Positions 19,492 through 28,470 of a DNA stretch of 51,905 nucleotides are shown here, piece after piece; the first letter of the stretch is position 1; each line of letters opens with the position of its first letter. Both the position numbers and the translations under genes were made by a program. The stretch covers positions 1 to 51,905 of the forward strand of contig CAXMUI010000151.1 of assembly GCA_964196475.1 (NCBI GenBank), in the 5' to 3' direction. The DNA comes from an uncultured Acidimicrobiia bacterium (GTDB lineage: Bacteria; Actinomycetota; Acidimicrobiia; Acidimicrobiales; JAHEJN01). A model generated the notes under the pieces. That model saw only the letters and a list, made by a program, of their open reading frames with translations, made no database searches and was not told where the DNA came from.

Positions 19492-19923
19492 ATGTCGGAT
19501 CAGGCTTGTCCACGATGCGCATTTGGTAACCCGTACAGCGCCAACTTCTGTGCGTCCTGCGGGGCGCCCATTGGCAAGTCGGATGAACACACCGAGTCGC
19601 ACGACTTCGATCTGACCGGAGAGATCGAACCCGTGGGAACGTTGTTGGCCATTCAGGGTCCTACCGTCGGCGCCAAATACAACCTCGAACCTGGCACCAC
19701 TACGTTGGGTCGTCATCCTGAAAGTCATATTTTTCTCGATGACATAACGGTCTCGCGCCGCCACGTCGAAATCAAACATGTCGACGGTGCCTTTCGGGTC
19801 CGCGACGTCGGGTCACTCAATGGCACCTATCTCAACCGCTCTCGCATTGATGAAGCTGAGCTTCAGCCGGGCGACGAACTCCAGGTGGGCCGTTTCAAAC
19901 TCCAGTTTGTAGTTCGTACGTGA
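19492..19923 (+). CDS. Zn-ribbon + FHA domain protein (GarA/OdhI-like)
   Basis: CPRC...FCASCG; FHA motifs GRHPESHIFLDDITVSRRH and DVGSLNGTYLN; sits directly after gcvH. Confidence 0.9.
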   Translation: MSDQACPRCAFGNPYSANFCASCGAPIGKSDEHTESHDFDLTGEIEPVGTLLAIQGPTVGAKYNLEPGTTTLGRHPESHIFLDDITVSRRHVEIKHVDGAFRVRDVGSLNGTYLNRSRIDEAELQPGDELQVGRFKLQFVVRT

Positions 19924-20615
19924 ACATGGCCGGGCATCGTTCGATCGGTGACGTCTTGGCGCTGCTTAAAGCGGAATTCTCCGATATCACTATTTCGAAA
20001 ATTCGTTTCCTGGAGAGTCAAGGTTTGATTAGCCCTCATCGCACTCCTGCGGGCTACCGGCAATTCAACGAGGTCGATATCGATCGGTTGCGATGGATAC
20101 TGATGCAACAACGTGATCGGTTCTTGCCGCTAAAGGTGATCAAGCAACGCCTTGATGCAGGGGGCGGCCCTAGAGAGGGCGACGAACCGGCGAGCGAGGG
20201 CGAGATTCCCGACCCACTCGACTTGGGTCCAGCCGGTCTTCAGCTGACGTTGGGCGAGTTGACGTCGGCATCGGGACTGACGAAGGTTCAGGTTGCCGCT
20301 CTGGAGAAAGCCGGCGTGTTGACGGCGAAGCGCACTAAGCAGGGCGAATATTACGACGACGATGCCATGTTGGTGGCGAAGACGGCAGCAGGATTGTTGG
20401 CCAAGGGCTTGGACGTTCGGCACCTCCGTTCCTATAAGATCGCGGCCGAACGCGAAGCTGGCATTCTGGAACAGTTGTTGGCAGGACAGGCCCATGCCCA
20501 GTCGGCAGTAGCACAGCGCGATGCGCTTCGGTCGCTAGGGCAAATGGTTATTTTGGGCGAAGAGTTACGACGGGCCTTGCTTCGGCAGGCACTGCGTGGG
20601 TCTGCCATTATCTAA
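19920..20615 (+). CDS. MerR-family regulator (Rv1828/FtsR-like)
   Basis: SIGDVL..LK.EF.DITISKIRFLES.GLI.P.RTP.GYR and QRDRFLPLKVIK motifs. Confidence 0.92.
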   Translation: MNMAGHRSIGDVLALLKAEFSDITISKIRFLESQGLISPHRTPAGYRQFNEVDIDRLRWILMQQRDRFLPLKVIKQRLDAGGGPREGDEPASEGEIPDPLDLGPAGLQLTLGELTSASGLTKVQVAALEKAGVLTAKRTKQGEYYDDDAMLVAKTAAGLLAKGLDVRHLRSYKIAAEREAGILEQLLAGQAHAQSAVAQRDALRSLGQMVILGEELRRALLRQALRGSAII

Positions 20616-20667
20616 AACCTTTGCTGCTGCCAGTGCGGCCGACTCTCGGTGGTATTAGGGTCAAGTT

Positions 20668-21159
20668 GTGATGAAAATGGAACTCGTCGGCGTCCGTTCG
20701 GAGATGCGTACTAACCAGCCAATCGTGCTGTTACGCGAGCTCGAGGGAGCCGGGCGTGTCCTTCCGATATTTATCGGCGGCTCCGAGGCGACAGCCATCT
20801 CGCTGAGCTTGGACGGGGTCACGCCGCCGCGGCCGATGACCCACGATCTCTTTCTTCAGACGCTTGAGAAGGTCGGTGCCACGATCGACAAGGTCACCAT
20901 TACACGGCTCGAAGACAAGACATTCTATGCCGAACTCACCGTGGTGGCTGACAAGAGCACCTACACGGTTTCGGCCCGTCCCTCCGACAGCCTGGCGTTG
21001 GCGGTCCGCGATCAGATACCGATCTTCGTGGCCCCCGCGGTCCTCGACGAGGCTGCGTATCAAGAGGATCGCGATGCCGAGGACGACGATCAAACTCTTG
21101 AGGAGTTTCGCGAGTTTCTTGATGGCATTAGTCCCGAGGACTTCGAAGCCACCGAGTAA
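20668..21159 (+). CDS. Bifunctional nuclease family protein (DUF151, Rv1829-like)
   Basis: LPIFIG..EA, RPMTHDL, ARPSDSLALA and EEFREFLD.ISPEDF motifs. Confidence 0.93.
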   Translation: MMKMELVGVRSEMRTNQPIVLLRELEGAGRVLPIFIGGSEATAISLSLDGVTPPRPMTHDLFLQTLEKVGATIDKVTITRLEDKTFYAELTVVADKSTYTVSARPSDSLALAVRDQIPIFVAPAVLDEAAYQEDRDAEDDDQTLEEFREFLDGISPEDFEATE

Positions 21160-21214
21160 GTGAGTGTGGTGTTCGTTTCGGAAGTGCAGGTCAGCGCGAT
21201 ATTTGGCCAGATCA

Positions 21215-21243
21215 TTGACCAGCGCGCGCGGCTTCTCTAGGCT
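21215..21243 (+). promoter_or_regulatory. Housekeeping sigma70/SigA-type promoter
   Basis: TTGACC-N17-TAGGCT upstream of the Rv1830-like gene. Confidence 0.7.
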
Positions 21244-21249
21244 TATGCG

Positions 21250-21267
21250 AGCCACAATGATGTAATT
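21250..21267. promoter_or_regulatory. Putative McdR/ResR-type operator
   Basis: AGCCACA-atga-TGTAATT compared with the recalled mycobacterial motif AATnACA-N4-TGTnATT: 2 mismatches. Confidence 0.45.
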
Positions 21268-21336
21268 TCGTTGTTGTATTACCTTTGCAGCGCCGCCTGG
21301 CGGCCGATAAGGAAACCAATCGTTCGAGGAGCAGGC

Positions 21337-21822
21337 ATGTCCCAAACAAGCGTTGAAGACTACAGCGGTAAACGTACGGCTGAGATTGTTGGTATTTCTT
21401 ACCGCCAACTCGACTACTGGGCTCGAACCGATTTGATTCGCCCCTCGGTTAGCGATGCCAACGGGAGTGGGTCCCGTCGTCGTTACTCCTACCAAGACCT
21501 TCTGGAACTCAAGGTTATTAAGAACTTGCTTGATTCGGGCATAAGGCTTGAGGCGGTCCGCAAGGTGTTCGGCTTCCTGCGCGAGGATCTCAATCAAGAC
21601 ATCGCCACGGCGAATCTGATCATCCGTGGCGAGACCTCCGTACTCGTGAAGAGTGACGATGACCTGTTGGATGCACTGCACAATGGGCAAGGCGTGCTGA
21701 GTATTTTGCCGCTTGGCGATGTAGTCGTCGAGCTAGATACAGCCATTGTAGAGCTGTACCCAGCAGCAGAATCTGCCGTTCTCGCCGACACGGCTGTCGA
21801 GTCCGCTGCAGCTAACGGCTGA
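21337..21822 (+). CDS. MerR-family regulator (Rv1830/McdR/ResR-like)
   Basis: GISYRQLDYWARTDLIRPS, GSGSRRRYS..DLL.LKVIK.LLD.GI and GQGV motifs; GAGGAG SD. Confidence 0.93.
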   Translation: MSQTSVEDYSGKRTAEIVGISYRQLDYWARTDLIRPSVSDANGSGSRRRYSYQDLLELKVIKNLLDSGIRLEAVRKVFGFLREDLNQDIATANLIIRGETSVLVKSDDDLLDALHNGQGVLSILPLGDVVVELDTAIVELYPAAESAVLADTAVESAAANG

Positions 21823-21828
21823 TAGCGC

Positions 21829-22905
21829 GTGAGCGAAGCCGACGACCTACGCCATAGTCCCATTGAAGCAGCTCACGTAGAACTCGACGCCAAGCTGGTG
21901 CCCTTCGGCGGCTGGAACATGCCGCTGTCCTATCCAAGCGGAACCCTCCACGAGCATCGCGCCTGCCGTACCGGCGCCGTGGTGTTCGATGTGAGCCACT
22001 TAGGCACCGTGCGGGTTAGGGGAGCGAATGCCTTCACTGCTCTGCAGGCTGCGTTTACCAACGACCTTGGCCGTATCGAGGTCGGCAAGGCACAGTACAC
22101 CCACCTGTTGGATGAGCACGATGCCTCGGTTCTCGATGACATCATTGTCTGGTGGCGCGAGGACGAGTTGTTTGATGTCATGCCGAACGCGTCAAACACG
22201 AGTCGAGTCGAAGCGGCACTTACCGCGGTGGATGGCGTTACTGCAGCAAACGTGACAGAGCATCGAGCGGTCTTTGCCGTACAGGGTCCAGAGGCTAAAC
22301 AACGCCTCGCCACTGTTGCGCCAGAGTTGGCTGATATTGGGCGCTTCCGTGTCGGTGAACGTCAATGGAATACAACCACGTGTGTCGTGGCAGGCACTGG
22401 CTACACCGGCGAACCCGGTCTTGAGATAGCAGTGCCGCTCGAAGCGGCCAACGACTTGTGGAAAGCAATCGTTGGCGCCGACATTGAGCCAGCTGGACTC
22501 GGCGCACGCGATACCTTGCGGCTCGAAGCCGGATTACCACTGCACGGTCACGAACTTGGCCCTGGCATCACCTCTCTTCAGGCCAAGCTGGGCTGGGTAG
22601 TGCGCTGGGACAAAGGCGATTTTCGAGGCCGTGATGCCTTGGCCATCGAGAAAGAAACCGGCCCAGACCGAGTTCTGGTCGGGCTTACCGTTGAGGGGCG
22701 TCGCCCGCCTCGCGAAGGACAGCCAGTAGTCGTCAACGGTCAGGCCGCCGGCATGGTCACCAGCGGAAACTTCTCGCCGATGCTCGAGTGCGGTATTGCT
22801 ATGGCATTCGTTCCGTCATCGGTAACCGATAATGATGATCTCGCCGTCGATATGCGAGGCAAATTGGTAGCGGCTTCGCTAACCAAAATGCCGTTCGTCA
22901 GTTGA
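21829..22905 (+). CDS. gcvT: Glycine cleavage system aminomethyltransferase T
   Basis: FGGWNMP, FDVSHLG, AVQGP, TGYTGEPG and GLGARDTLRLEAG motifs. Confidence 0.96.
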   Translation: MSEADDLRHSPIEAAHVELDAKLVPFGGWNMPLSYPSGTLHEHRACRTGAVVFDVSHLGTVRVRGANAFTALQAAFTNDLGRIEVGKAQYTHLLDEHDASVLDDIIVWWREDELFDVMPNASNTSRVEAALTAVDGVTAANVTEHRAVFAVQGPEAKQRLATVAPELADIGRFRVGERQWNTTTCVVAGTGYTGEPGLEIAVPLEAANDLWKAIVGADIEPAGLGARDTLRLEAGLPLHGHELGPGITSLQAKLGWVVRWDKGDFRGRDALAIEKETGPDRVLVGLTVEGRRPPREGQPVVVNGQAAGMVTSGNFSPMLECGIAMAFVPSSVTDNDDLAVDMRGKLVAASLTKMPFVS

Positions 22906-22906
22906 G

Positions 22907-23464
22907 CTAAAGAGCGGCCACTGCGTCGAGGATGCTCTGTTCAGGCATTCCGCCTGCCCAACTGGCAATAATTTCACCATCGGCAGTCAGCAGACGTCCT
23001 TGCGGCTGTCCAGCGATGCGAAGCTCTCGCCAACTGTCAAAGGTTGGGTCCCATAGCATGTCGAACGGCGCTTCTCCCTCGTATAGATCCATGAAATCAA
23101 GGGCATACTCCATGTCATTCTGTGCGCCAACACCGATGATCGTTACTTCGTCTGCATGCTCTCGGGCAAACTGCCCGACGCCAGGAGCTTCCCGGCGGCA
23201 GGTCGATCAATAGGGCGCCCAGAACCACAGAACAATGGGTTTGTCGGCGGGAGCATAACTAGCCAACTGCACGCTCTCGCCGGTATTGAGGTTTATCATC
23301 TCGACATCCGGCAGGTCCGACTCGCCGCTGAGAGAGGGGGCCTCGGTCGGGGTGTCGCCCGTCGTTGAACTGGCCACGTCGGTCGTGCTGGCACCTGAGC
23401 AAGCGCCGGCAAAAAGCCCAAGTGCCACAGTGGCACTCGCGAGGGCTTTGGCAGGTTTGATCAT
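22907..23464 (-). CDS. Thioredoxin-fold (TlpA/ResA-like) lipoprotein with an in-frame TGA at the active site (UxxC); probable selenoprotein
   Basis: ORFs 23207..23563 and 22907..23113 share one frame; read-through gives LWFWAPY-TGA-STCRREAP...IIGVG...IAGQP; FAGAC lipobox after ATG 23464. Confidence 0.8.
23171..23201 (-). promoter_or_regulatory. Candidate bacterial SECIS hairpin
   Basis: CTGCC-GCCGGGA-AGC-TCCTGGC-GTCG-GGCAG begins 5 nt after the UGA; the G-containing apical loop is 17 nt after the UGA. Confidence 0.5.
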
Positions 23465-23513
23465 AGAGAAGGCTCTTTTGTTGGGCGCGACAGAGTGGAT
23501 GCGCTCTCTAGAT

Positions 23514-23539
23514 AACTCTGTACAAGGTGGAATAGTTCC
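23514..23539 (-). promoter_or_regulatory. SigR/SigH-type ECF promoter candidate
   Basis: GGAAC-N18-GTT in the 79-nt gap between aroC and the thioredoxin-like gene. Confidence 0.5.
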
Positions 23540-23543
23540 CGGA

Positions 23544-24629
23544 TTAGCAAAGATTGTTGACATGCTGCCGGAGCAGGTGATCGGCGAGCACCAAGCACGT
23601 CATAGATTCGACAATGGGCACAGCGCGTGGCAGTACACAGGGGTCATGCCGGCCATGGGCAGCAAGCTCAGTGGGTTCGCCGCGCGTGGTGACTGTCTGC
23701 TGAGCAGAGGAGATCGTGGCAGTCGGTTTGAATGCCACGCGCAAGTCAATGACGGCACCATTGGAGATACCACCTTGGACGCCACCGGAGTGATTGGACG
23801 TGGTGACGGGTGTGCCATCGGGACCTGGAACGAAAGGGTCGTTGTGTTCGAGACCGGTCATCGTGGTGCCGGCAAATCCGCTGCCAATTTCGAAACCCTT
23901 GGTGGCCGGAATGGAAAGCATGGCTTTGGCAAGGTCGGCATCGAGTTTGTCGAATACGGGTTCCCCCCAGCCAGCCGGGACATTCTTGGCTACTAAGCGA
24001 ACCACGCCACCTAGTGAGTTTCCTTCATGGCGCGCTTGGTCGATGGCATCAATCATGGCCGCGGCGGCTTTTGGATCGGGACACCGGGTTGGTGTTGCCT
24101 CGACGTCGGACCTTGTCACGTTGGCGCCGTCGATGTCGCCGGTGATGGTGTGAACGGACTCGACCCATCCGATTACCTCGACCCCAGCAGCAGCACGGAG
24201 TAGCTGGCGGGCTACGGCCCCTGCCGCCACGCGTGCGATGCTTTCGCGAACGCTTGAACGTCCGCCGCCACGATGGTCACGCAGGCCGTACTTGGCGTCG
24301 TAGGTGTAGTCGGCGTGCGAGGGCCTATAGACATCTTTGAGATGATCGTAGGCACCGGAATTGTGGTCTTTGTTGCGCACCATCATGGCGATAGGGGTGC
24401 CCAGGGTGACACCGTCCACGATGCCAGACAGCACTTCGATCGTGTCGGCCTCGTCGCGTTGGGTCACGAGTCGGCTTTGGCCCGGACGTCGTCGGTCGAG
24501 TTCGGCTTGCAGTTCGCCGAGATCGACGGCTAGTCGAGGAGGGCAGCCGTCAATGATGACGCCAACACCTACGCCATGGGACTCGCCGAACGTGGTCACG
24601 CGAAACAACGTGCCGAAGGAGCTACTCAT
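23544..24629 (-). CDS. aroC: Chorismate synthase
   Basis: TFGESHG, RPSHAD, GGGRSS.RE, GG.QGGISNG and GRHDPC motifs. Confidence 0.97.
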   Translation of the reverse strand: MSSSFGTLFRVTTFGESHGVGVGVIIDGCPPRLAVDLGELQAELDRRRPGQSRLVTQRDEADTIEVLSGIVDGVTLGTPIAMMVRNKDHNSGAYDHLKDVYRPSHADYTYDAKYGLRDHRGGGRSSVRESIARVAAGAVARQLLRAAAGVEVIGWVESVHTITGDIDGANVTRSDVEATPTRCPDPKAAAAMIDAIDQARHEGNSLGGVVRLVAKNVPAGWGEPVFDKLDADLAKAMLSIPATKGFEIGSGFAGTTMTGLEHNDPFVPGPDGTPVTTSNHSGGVQGGISNGAVIDLRVAFKPTATISSAQQTVTTRGEPTELAAHGRHDPCVLPRAVPIVESMTCLVLADHLLRQHVNNLC

Positions 24630-24669
24630 GGGTGCGAGGATAGAGGTTCCAGGCGGGCGTCAAGGGGAA

Positions 24670-25380
24670 TTAGGCGTCATGGAGCACAATACGAACTCGT
24701 TTGTTGCCTTTGCCCTTGGATTCGGTCTTGACAATTTCGAACCGGCCCACTTCTGAGGTGTTGGCCACGTGGGTGCCGCCGTCGGCTTGTTTATCGAGTC
24801 CAACGATGTCGAGCACACGGATTTCGGTGACGGAGTCAGGTATGAGATTTACCTTCGTGCGGATGAGATCATCGTCGAGCAAGGCCTCGTCGCGGGGCAA
24901 GAAACTCACCTCGATGGGCCTGCTGGCCGCGATCTCTGCGTTGACCATGTCGGTAACGCGTTGGGCGAAGTTCTCGGGTAGGGGATCGAACTCGAAGTCC
25001 ATACGGGCCTTGAGCGGTTCCATGTTGCCGCCGGTGACACTGCGGCCCCATTCGTTCCAGATAACACCACAGAGCATGTGCATAGCGGTGTGAGTGCGCA
25101 TAAGTTCGTGGCGGCGACCCCAATCGACCACGCCGTGAACGGTAGTTCCAACAGCGGGCAGGTCGCCGTCGAGTGTGTGAGCCACGTCGCCGCGCCCGCG
25201 GACATCAGTGACCGCGGCCGAACCGCCCTCCCAGGTCATCGTTCCGGTGTCGTGGGGTTGCCCGCCGCCGGTGGCATAGAACGCGGTTTGGTCAAGCGTG
25301 ACGGCGCTTTCTTCGACGCTCGCAACGGTCGCATCAAACTCGCGGCAGTAGGCGTCGTGAAGATAAAGGCGGTGAGTCAT
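24670..25380 (-). CDS. Freestanding alanyl-tRNA editing protein (AlaX-M type)
   Basis: LDQTAFYATGGGQPHDTG, MRTHTAMH and DGGTHV motifs. Confidence 0.92.
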   Translation of the reverse strand: MTHRLYLHDAYCREFDATVASVEESAVTLDQTAFYATGGGQPHDTGTMTWEGGSAAVTDVRGRGDVAHTLDGDLPAVGTTVHGVVDWGRRHELMRTHTAMHMLCGVIWNEWGRSVTGGNMEPLKARMDFEFDPLPENFAQRVTDMVNAEIAASRPIEVSFLPRDEALLDDDLIRTKVNLIPDSVTEIRVLDIVGLDKQADGGTHVANTSEVGRFEIVKTESKGKGNKRVRIVLHDA

Positions 25381-25425
25381 GTAAGTAGTTTGGCAGCACC
25401 CGCACAAATGGGCGACCATGCAGTC

Positions 25426-27054
25426 GTGCAACTTCCGGATATGAACTTGGCCGACGCGTGGGAAGCCGTGGCAGCGGTGGTACCTGATGCTGAGGCGGCG
25501 GTCTGCGGTGATGAACGACGCACCTGGGCCGAATTTGAAGCAAATGCCGATGCGCTGGCTTCCGCACTGGCCCAGCGTGGTGTTGGCCGCGGGACAAAGG
25601 TCGGATTTTATTTACGTAACTCGATTGGGTATCTGGAGGCCCAGTTCGCCACGTTCAAACTCGGCGCGGTGCATTGCAACGTCAATTACCGGTACACCGC
25701 CGAGGAACTACGGGATCTCCTGGCATCATCGGACGCCGAAGTTGTCTTGTTCGACGAAGACCTTGGTGCACAGGTAACCGAGGTGGCGCCCGACTTGCCG
25801 GGACTTCACACGCTGATACAGGTGGGTACTGGTCCGCGTGTCGATGGCGAGAACGTCCACACCTACAACGAACTGATCACGGCTGGGAGCGGTAAACGTG
25901 CACCCGCCGATGGCCGATCTGGCGACGATTTGTGGTTCTTGTTTACCGGCGGAACAACGGGGCTGCCCAAGGGCGTCATGTGGCCGCATTCTTCGCTGGT
26001 TGGCATCATGAAAACGTATTACGACGGATTGCGTATGACATTGCCGCAGACGCCAGACGAGGTAGCCGCACGTGCGCTCGACATCCATGATCGCGGCAAA
26101 GTAACGCGCATGATGACGGCGGCACCGCTGATGCACGGGACGGCGAACTTCACCGCCCAGGGCACGTTGTCACAAGGCGGAACCGTGGTTCTGTCGGCCA
26201 GCCGTTCCTTCGACGCTAACGAGTTTTTGCGCCTCGCCGAACGTGAGCAGGTCACCAACCTGGTGATCGTTGGAGATGTATTTGCCAAGCCAATGGTGGC
26301 TGCACTTGAGGACGCCAAGGCCGCCGGTAACCCGCTGAATCTAAGCCACCTCCGCATCTTGTTGTCATCGGGAGTCATGTGGAGTGCACCGGTAAAGGCT
26401 GCGTTGCGCGAGCACCTACCTAAAGTCACCATGGTCGATTCGCTAGGGGCGTCGGAGGTAACGAACGCCGGCACATCGGTTGATCGGCCCGGAGGCAAGA
26501 CCCGGACGGCCCGATTTACCTTGTCGTCGGTATCGGCAGTGTTCACCGAAGACGGACGTCGGGTAGAGCCGGGGTCCGGTGAGCGCGGGTTGCTGTGTAC
26601 CGGTGGTCCACTGCCTCTGGGTTACTACAAACACCCTGAGAAGACAGCGGCTACTTATCGCACGTTCGAGGGCCAACGGTGGGCGGTGCCAGGAGATTGG
26701 GCGACCGTCGAGGAGGATGACACTATTACGCTGCTCGGTCGCGGCTCGGGTTGCATCAACACGGGCGGCGAGAAGGTGTATCCCGAAGAGGTCGAGGAGG
26801 TGCTCAAGTTGCAAGATGCGATCGCCGATTGCAATGTGGTGGGCGTTGCTGATGACCGGTTCGGTCAACGGATCGTTGCCGTAGTAGCGGTAAACAGTGC
26901 GATCTCCGACGACGAGATTATCGCCTCCGCTCGCACGCATTTAGCCGGATACAAAGTTCCCCGCGAGATTATTCGCGTGGATCAGGTCGTGCGAGGACCA
27001 AACGGCAAGGCCGATTATCGCTGGGCCCAACGCATCGCCGAAGGTGCCGTCTAG
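25426..27054 (+). CDS. Acyl-CoA synthetase (FadD19-like AMP-binding enzyme)
   Basis: FTGGTTGLPKG, PLMHG, VGDVFAKP and LLGRGS.CINTGGEKVYPEEVE motifs; start is GTG 25426 or ATG 25441. Confidence 0.92.
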   Translation: MQLPDMNLADAWEAVAAVVPDAEAAVCGDERRTWAEFEANADALASALAQRGVGRGTKVGFYLRNSIGYLEAQFATFKLGAVHCNVNYRYTAEELRDLLASSDAEVVLFDEDLGAQVTEVAPDLPGLHTLIQVGTGPRVDGENVHTYNELITAGSGKRAPADGRSGDDLWFLFTGGTTGLPKGVMWPHSSLVGIMKTYYDGLRMTLPQTPDEVAARALDIHDRGKVTRMMTAAPLMHGTANFTAQGTLSQGGTVVLSASRSFDANEFLRLAEREQVTNLVIVGDVFAKPMVAALEDAKAAGNPLNLSHLRILLSSGVMWSAPVKAALREHLPKVTMVDSLGASEVTNAGTSVDRPGGKTRTARFTLSSVSAVFTEDGRRVEPGSGERGLLCTGGPLPLGYYKHPEKTAATYRTFEGQRWAVPGDWATVEEDDTITLLGRGSGCINTGGEKVYPEEVEEVLKLQDAIADCNVVGVADDRFGQRIVAVVAVNSAISDDEIIASARTHLAGYKVPREIIRVDQVVRGPNGKADYRWAQRIAEGAV

Positions 27055-28400
27055 AGGCCTAAGAGCGCGTTCTCTACAACTTCGCTGAGCGCAGGGTGGA
27101 TCCAGAGTTGGCCGGTGGCCATTTGGTCGACGGTAAGGCCAAATTTCATGCCTTGGATGAGCATTTGGATCAGCGTCGATGCCTGGGGTCCAATGATGTG
27201 GGCGCCAAGGAGTAGCCGGGTTTCGGGGTCGGCCAGAAGCTTGCAGAAACCACTGGTGTCCTCCATCGCCCAGCCGTAGGCTACGTCACCGTAGTTCTGT
27301 ACTTTGACGAGATAGGGCGTGCCCGCTTCCTTGAGCGCCTGCTCGGTGACCCCTACGCTGGCAATTTGAGGCGACCCGAACACCGCGTGCGGAATCGGCC
27401 ACAGGTCGACTTCGTGAAGGTCATCGGGATGGGCGATGTTGTGGGCCACAACGACTGCCTCGGCGTTGGCAGTGTGTTTAAGTTGCGCATCGTTGCTGAT
27501 GTCGCCAAGGGCCCAGATACCTTCGACGTTCGTATTCATCGTGGCGTTGGTGATGACATAGCCGCTGTCGTCTAGTTCGACGCCGGTGGCTTCGACGCCT
27601 AGTTGCTTGCCGTTGGGTGTGCGCCCCGTGGCTACGAGAAGCACATCGCATTCGAGGTCCGCCTCGCCTTCAAATGCGACGGTGATGGTGTCGTCTTGTT
27701 GACTTACGCCGGTTATCTGGCTGGATAAACGCACACTCATGCGTTGGCTTGTCACATCGGTAAACCGCTCGGCTACTTCGAAGTCTTCGGCACGAAGCAG
27801 TGGCGCGGAGCGGGCCACAATCGTTACGTCAGTGCCAAGTGAATCAAAGACGTGTCCCATCTCGGCCGCAATAAAGCCACCACCAAGGATGACCATGCGC
27901 TCGGGTAATTCGGGAAGGCGCATGACGTCGTCGGAAGTGTGGTAATTGACATTCTCAATTCCGGGAACATGAGGCTGATGAACACGCGCGCCTGCCGCGA
28001 GCACGATGTTTGGGGCAGTAATTTCGACACCATCCACGGACAAAACTTTGTGGCCGGTGAATTTGGCGTCGCCACGGACGACGGTGACGTTGTCGAGGCT
28101 TTCGCGGTAGTCGTCGCCACCTTGGGCAATGGGGTCGATACGACCAAAGACTCGCTCGACGATGTCGCTCCAGCGGACGCCGTCCACGCTGAGGTCGACG
28201 CCGACGGCCGATGAGTGTTTGGTGTGTTGCACCATGTCAGCGGCATAAACGAACATTTTGGACGGAATACAACCGCGGTTTAGGCAGGTTCCGCCAAAGA
28301 CGCCGCGTTCGACGATGGCAACGTTCCAGTCATCGAAATCGGGGTTGATGATGCTGTTGCCGCTACCGGTACCAATGATGATGAGGTCAAATTCTTGCAC
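27051..28400 (-). CDS. mtr: Mycothione reductase
   Basis: IIGTGSGNS, GGTCLNRGCIPSKM, YGDVAYGWAMED and WIHPALSEVVENALLGL motifs. Confidence 0.9.
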   Translation of the reverse strand: MQEFDLIIIGTGSGNSIINPDFDDWNVAIVERGVFGGTCLNRGCIPSKMFVYAADMVQHTKHSSAVGVDLSVDGVRWSDIVERVFGRIDPIAQGGDDYRESLDNVTVVRGDAKFTGHKVLSVDGVEITAPNIVLAAGARVHQPHVPGIENVNYHTSDDVMRLPELPERMVILGGGFIAAEMGHVFDSLGTDVTIVARSAPLLRAEDFEVAERFTDVTSQRMSVRLSSQITGVSQQDDTITVAFEGEADLECDVLLVATGRTPNGKQLGVEATGVELDDSGYVITNATMNTNVEGIWALGDISNDAQLKHTANAEAVVVAHNIAHPDDLHEVDLWPIPHAVFGSPQIASVGVTEQALKEAGTPYLVKVQNYGDVAYGWAMEDTSGFCKLLADPETRLLLGAHIIGPQASTLIQMLIQGMKFGLTVDQMATGQLWIHPALSEVVENALLGL

Positions 28401-28470
28401 TGCACGACCCTACATAGGGTTTCGTCGCTAACGCGGCACAAAAAGTCAGTTGTAGCAGTGGTGCAGGCAG

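Noticed and set aside
20731-21690. 319-aa minus-strand ORF
   Set aside because: Antisense shadow of two well-supported genes (DUF151 and the Rv1830-like regulator); no motifs; long shadow ORFs are expected in GC-rich DNA.
27051-28400. Flavoprotein downstream of gcvP as the glycine-cleavage L protein (Lpd)
   Set aside because: GTGSGNS, AYGWAMED and HPALSEVVENALL match mycothione reductase, and it has its own -10 element.
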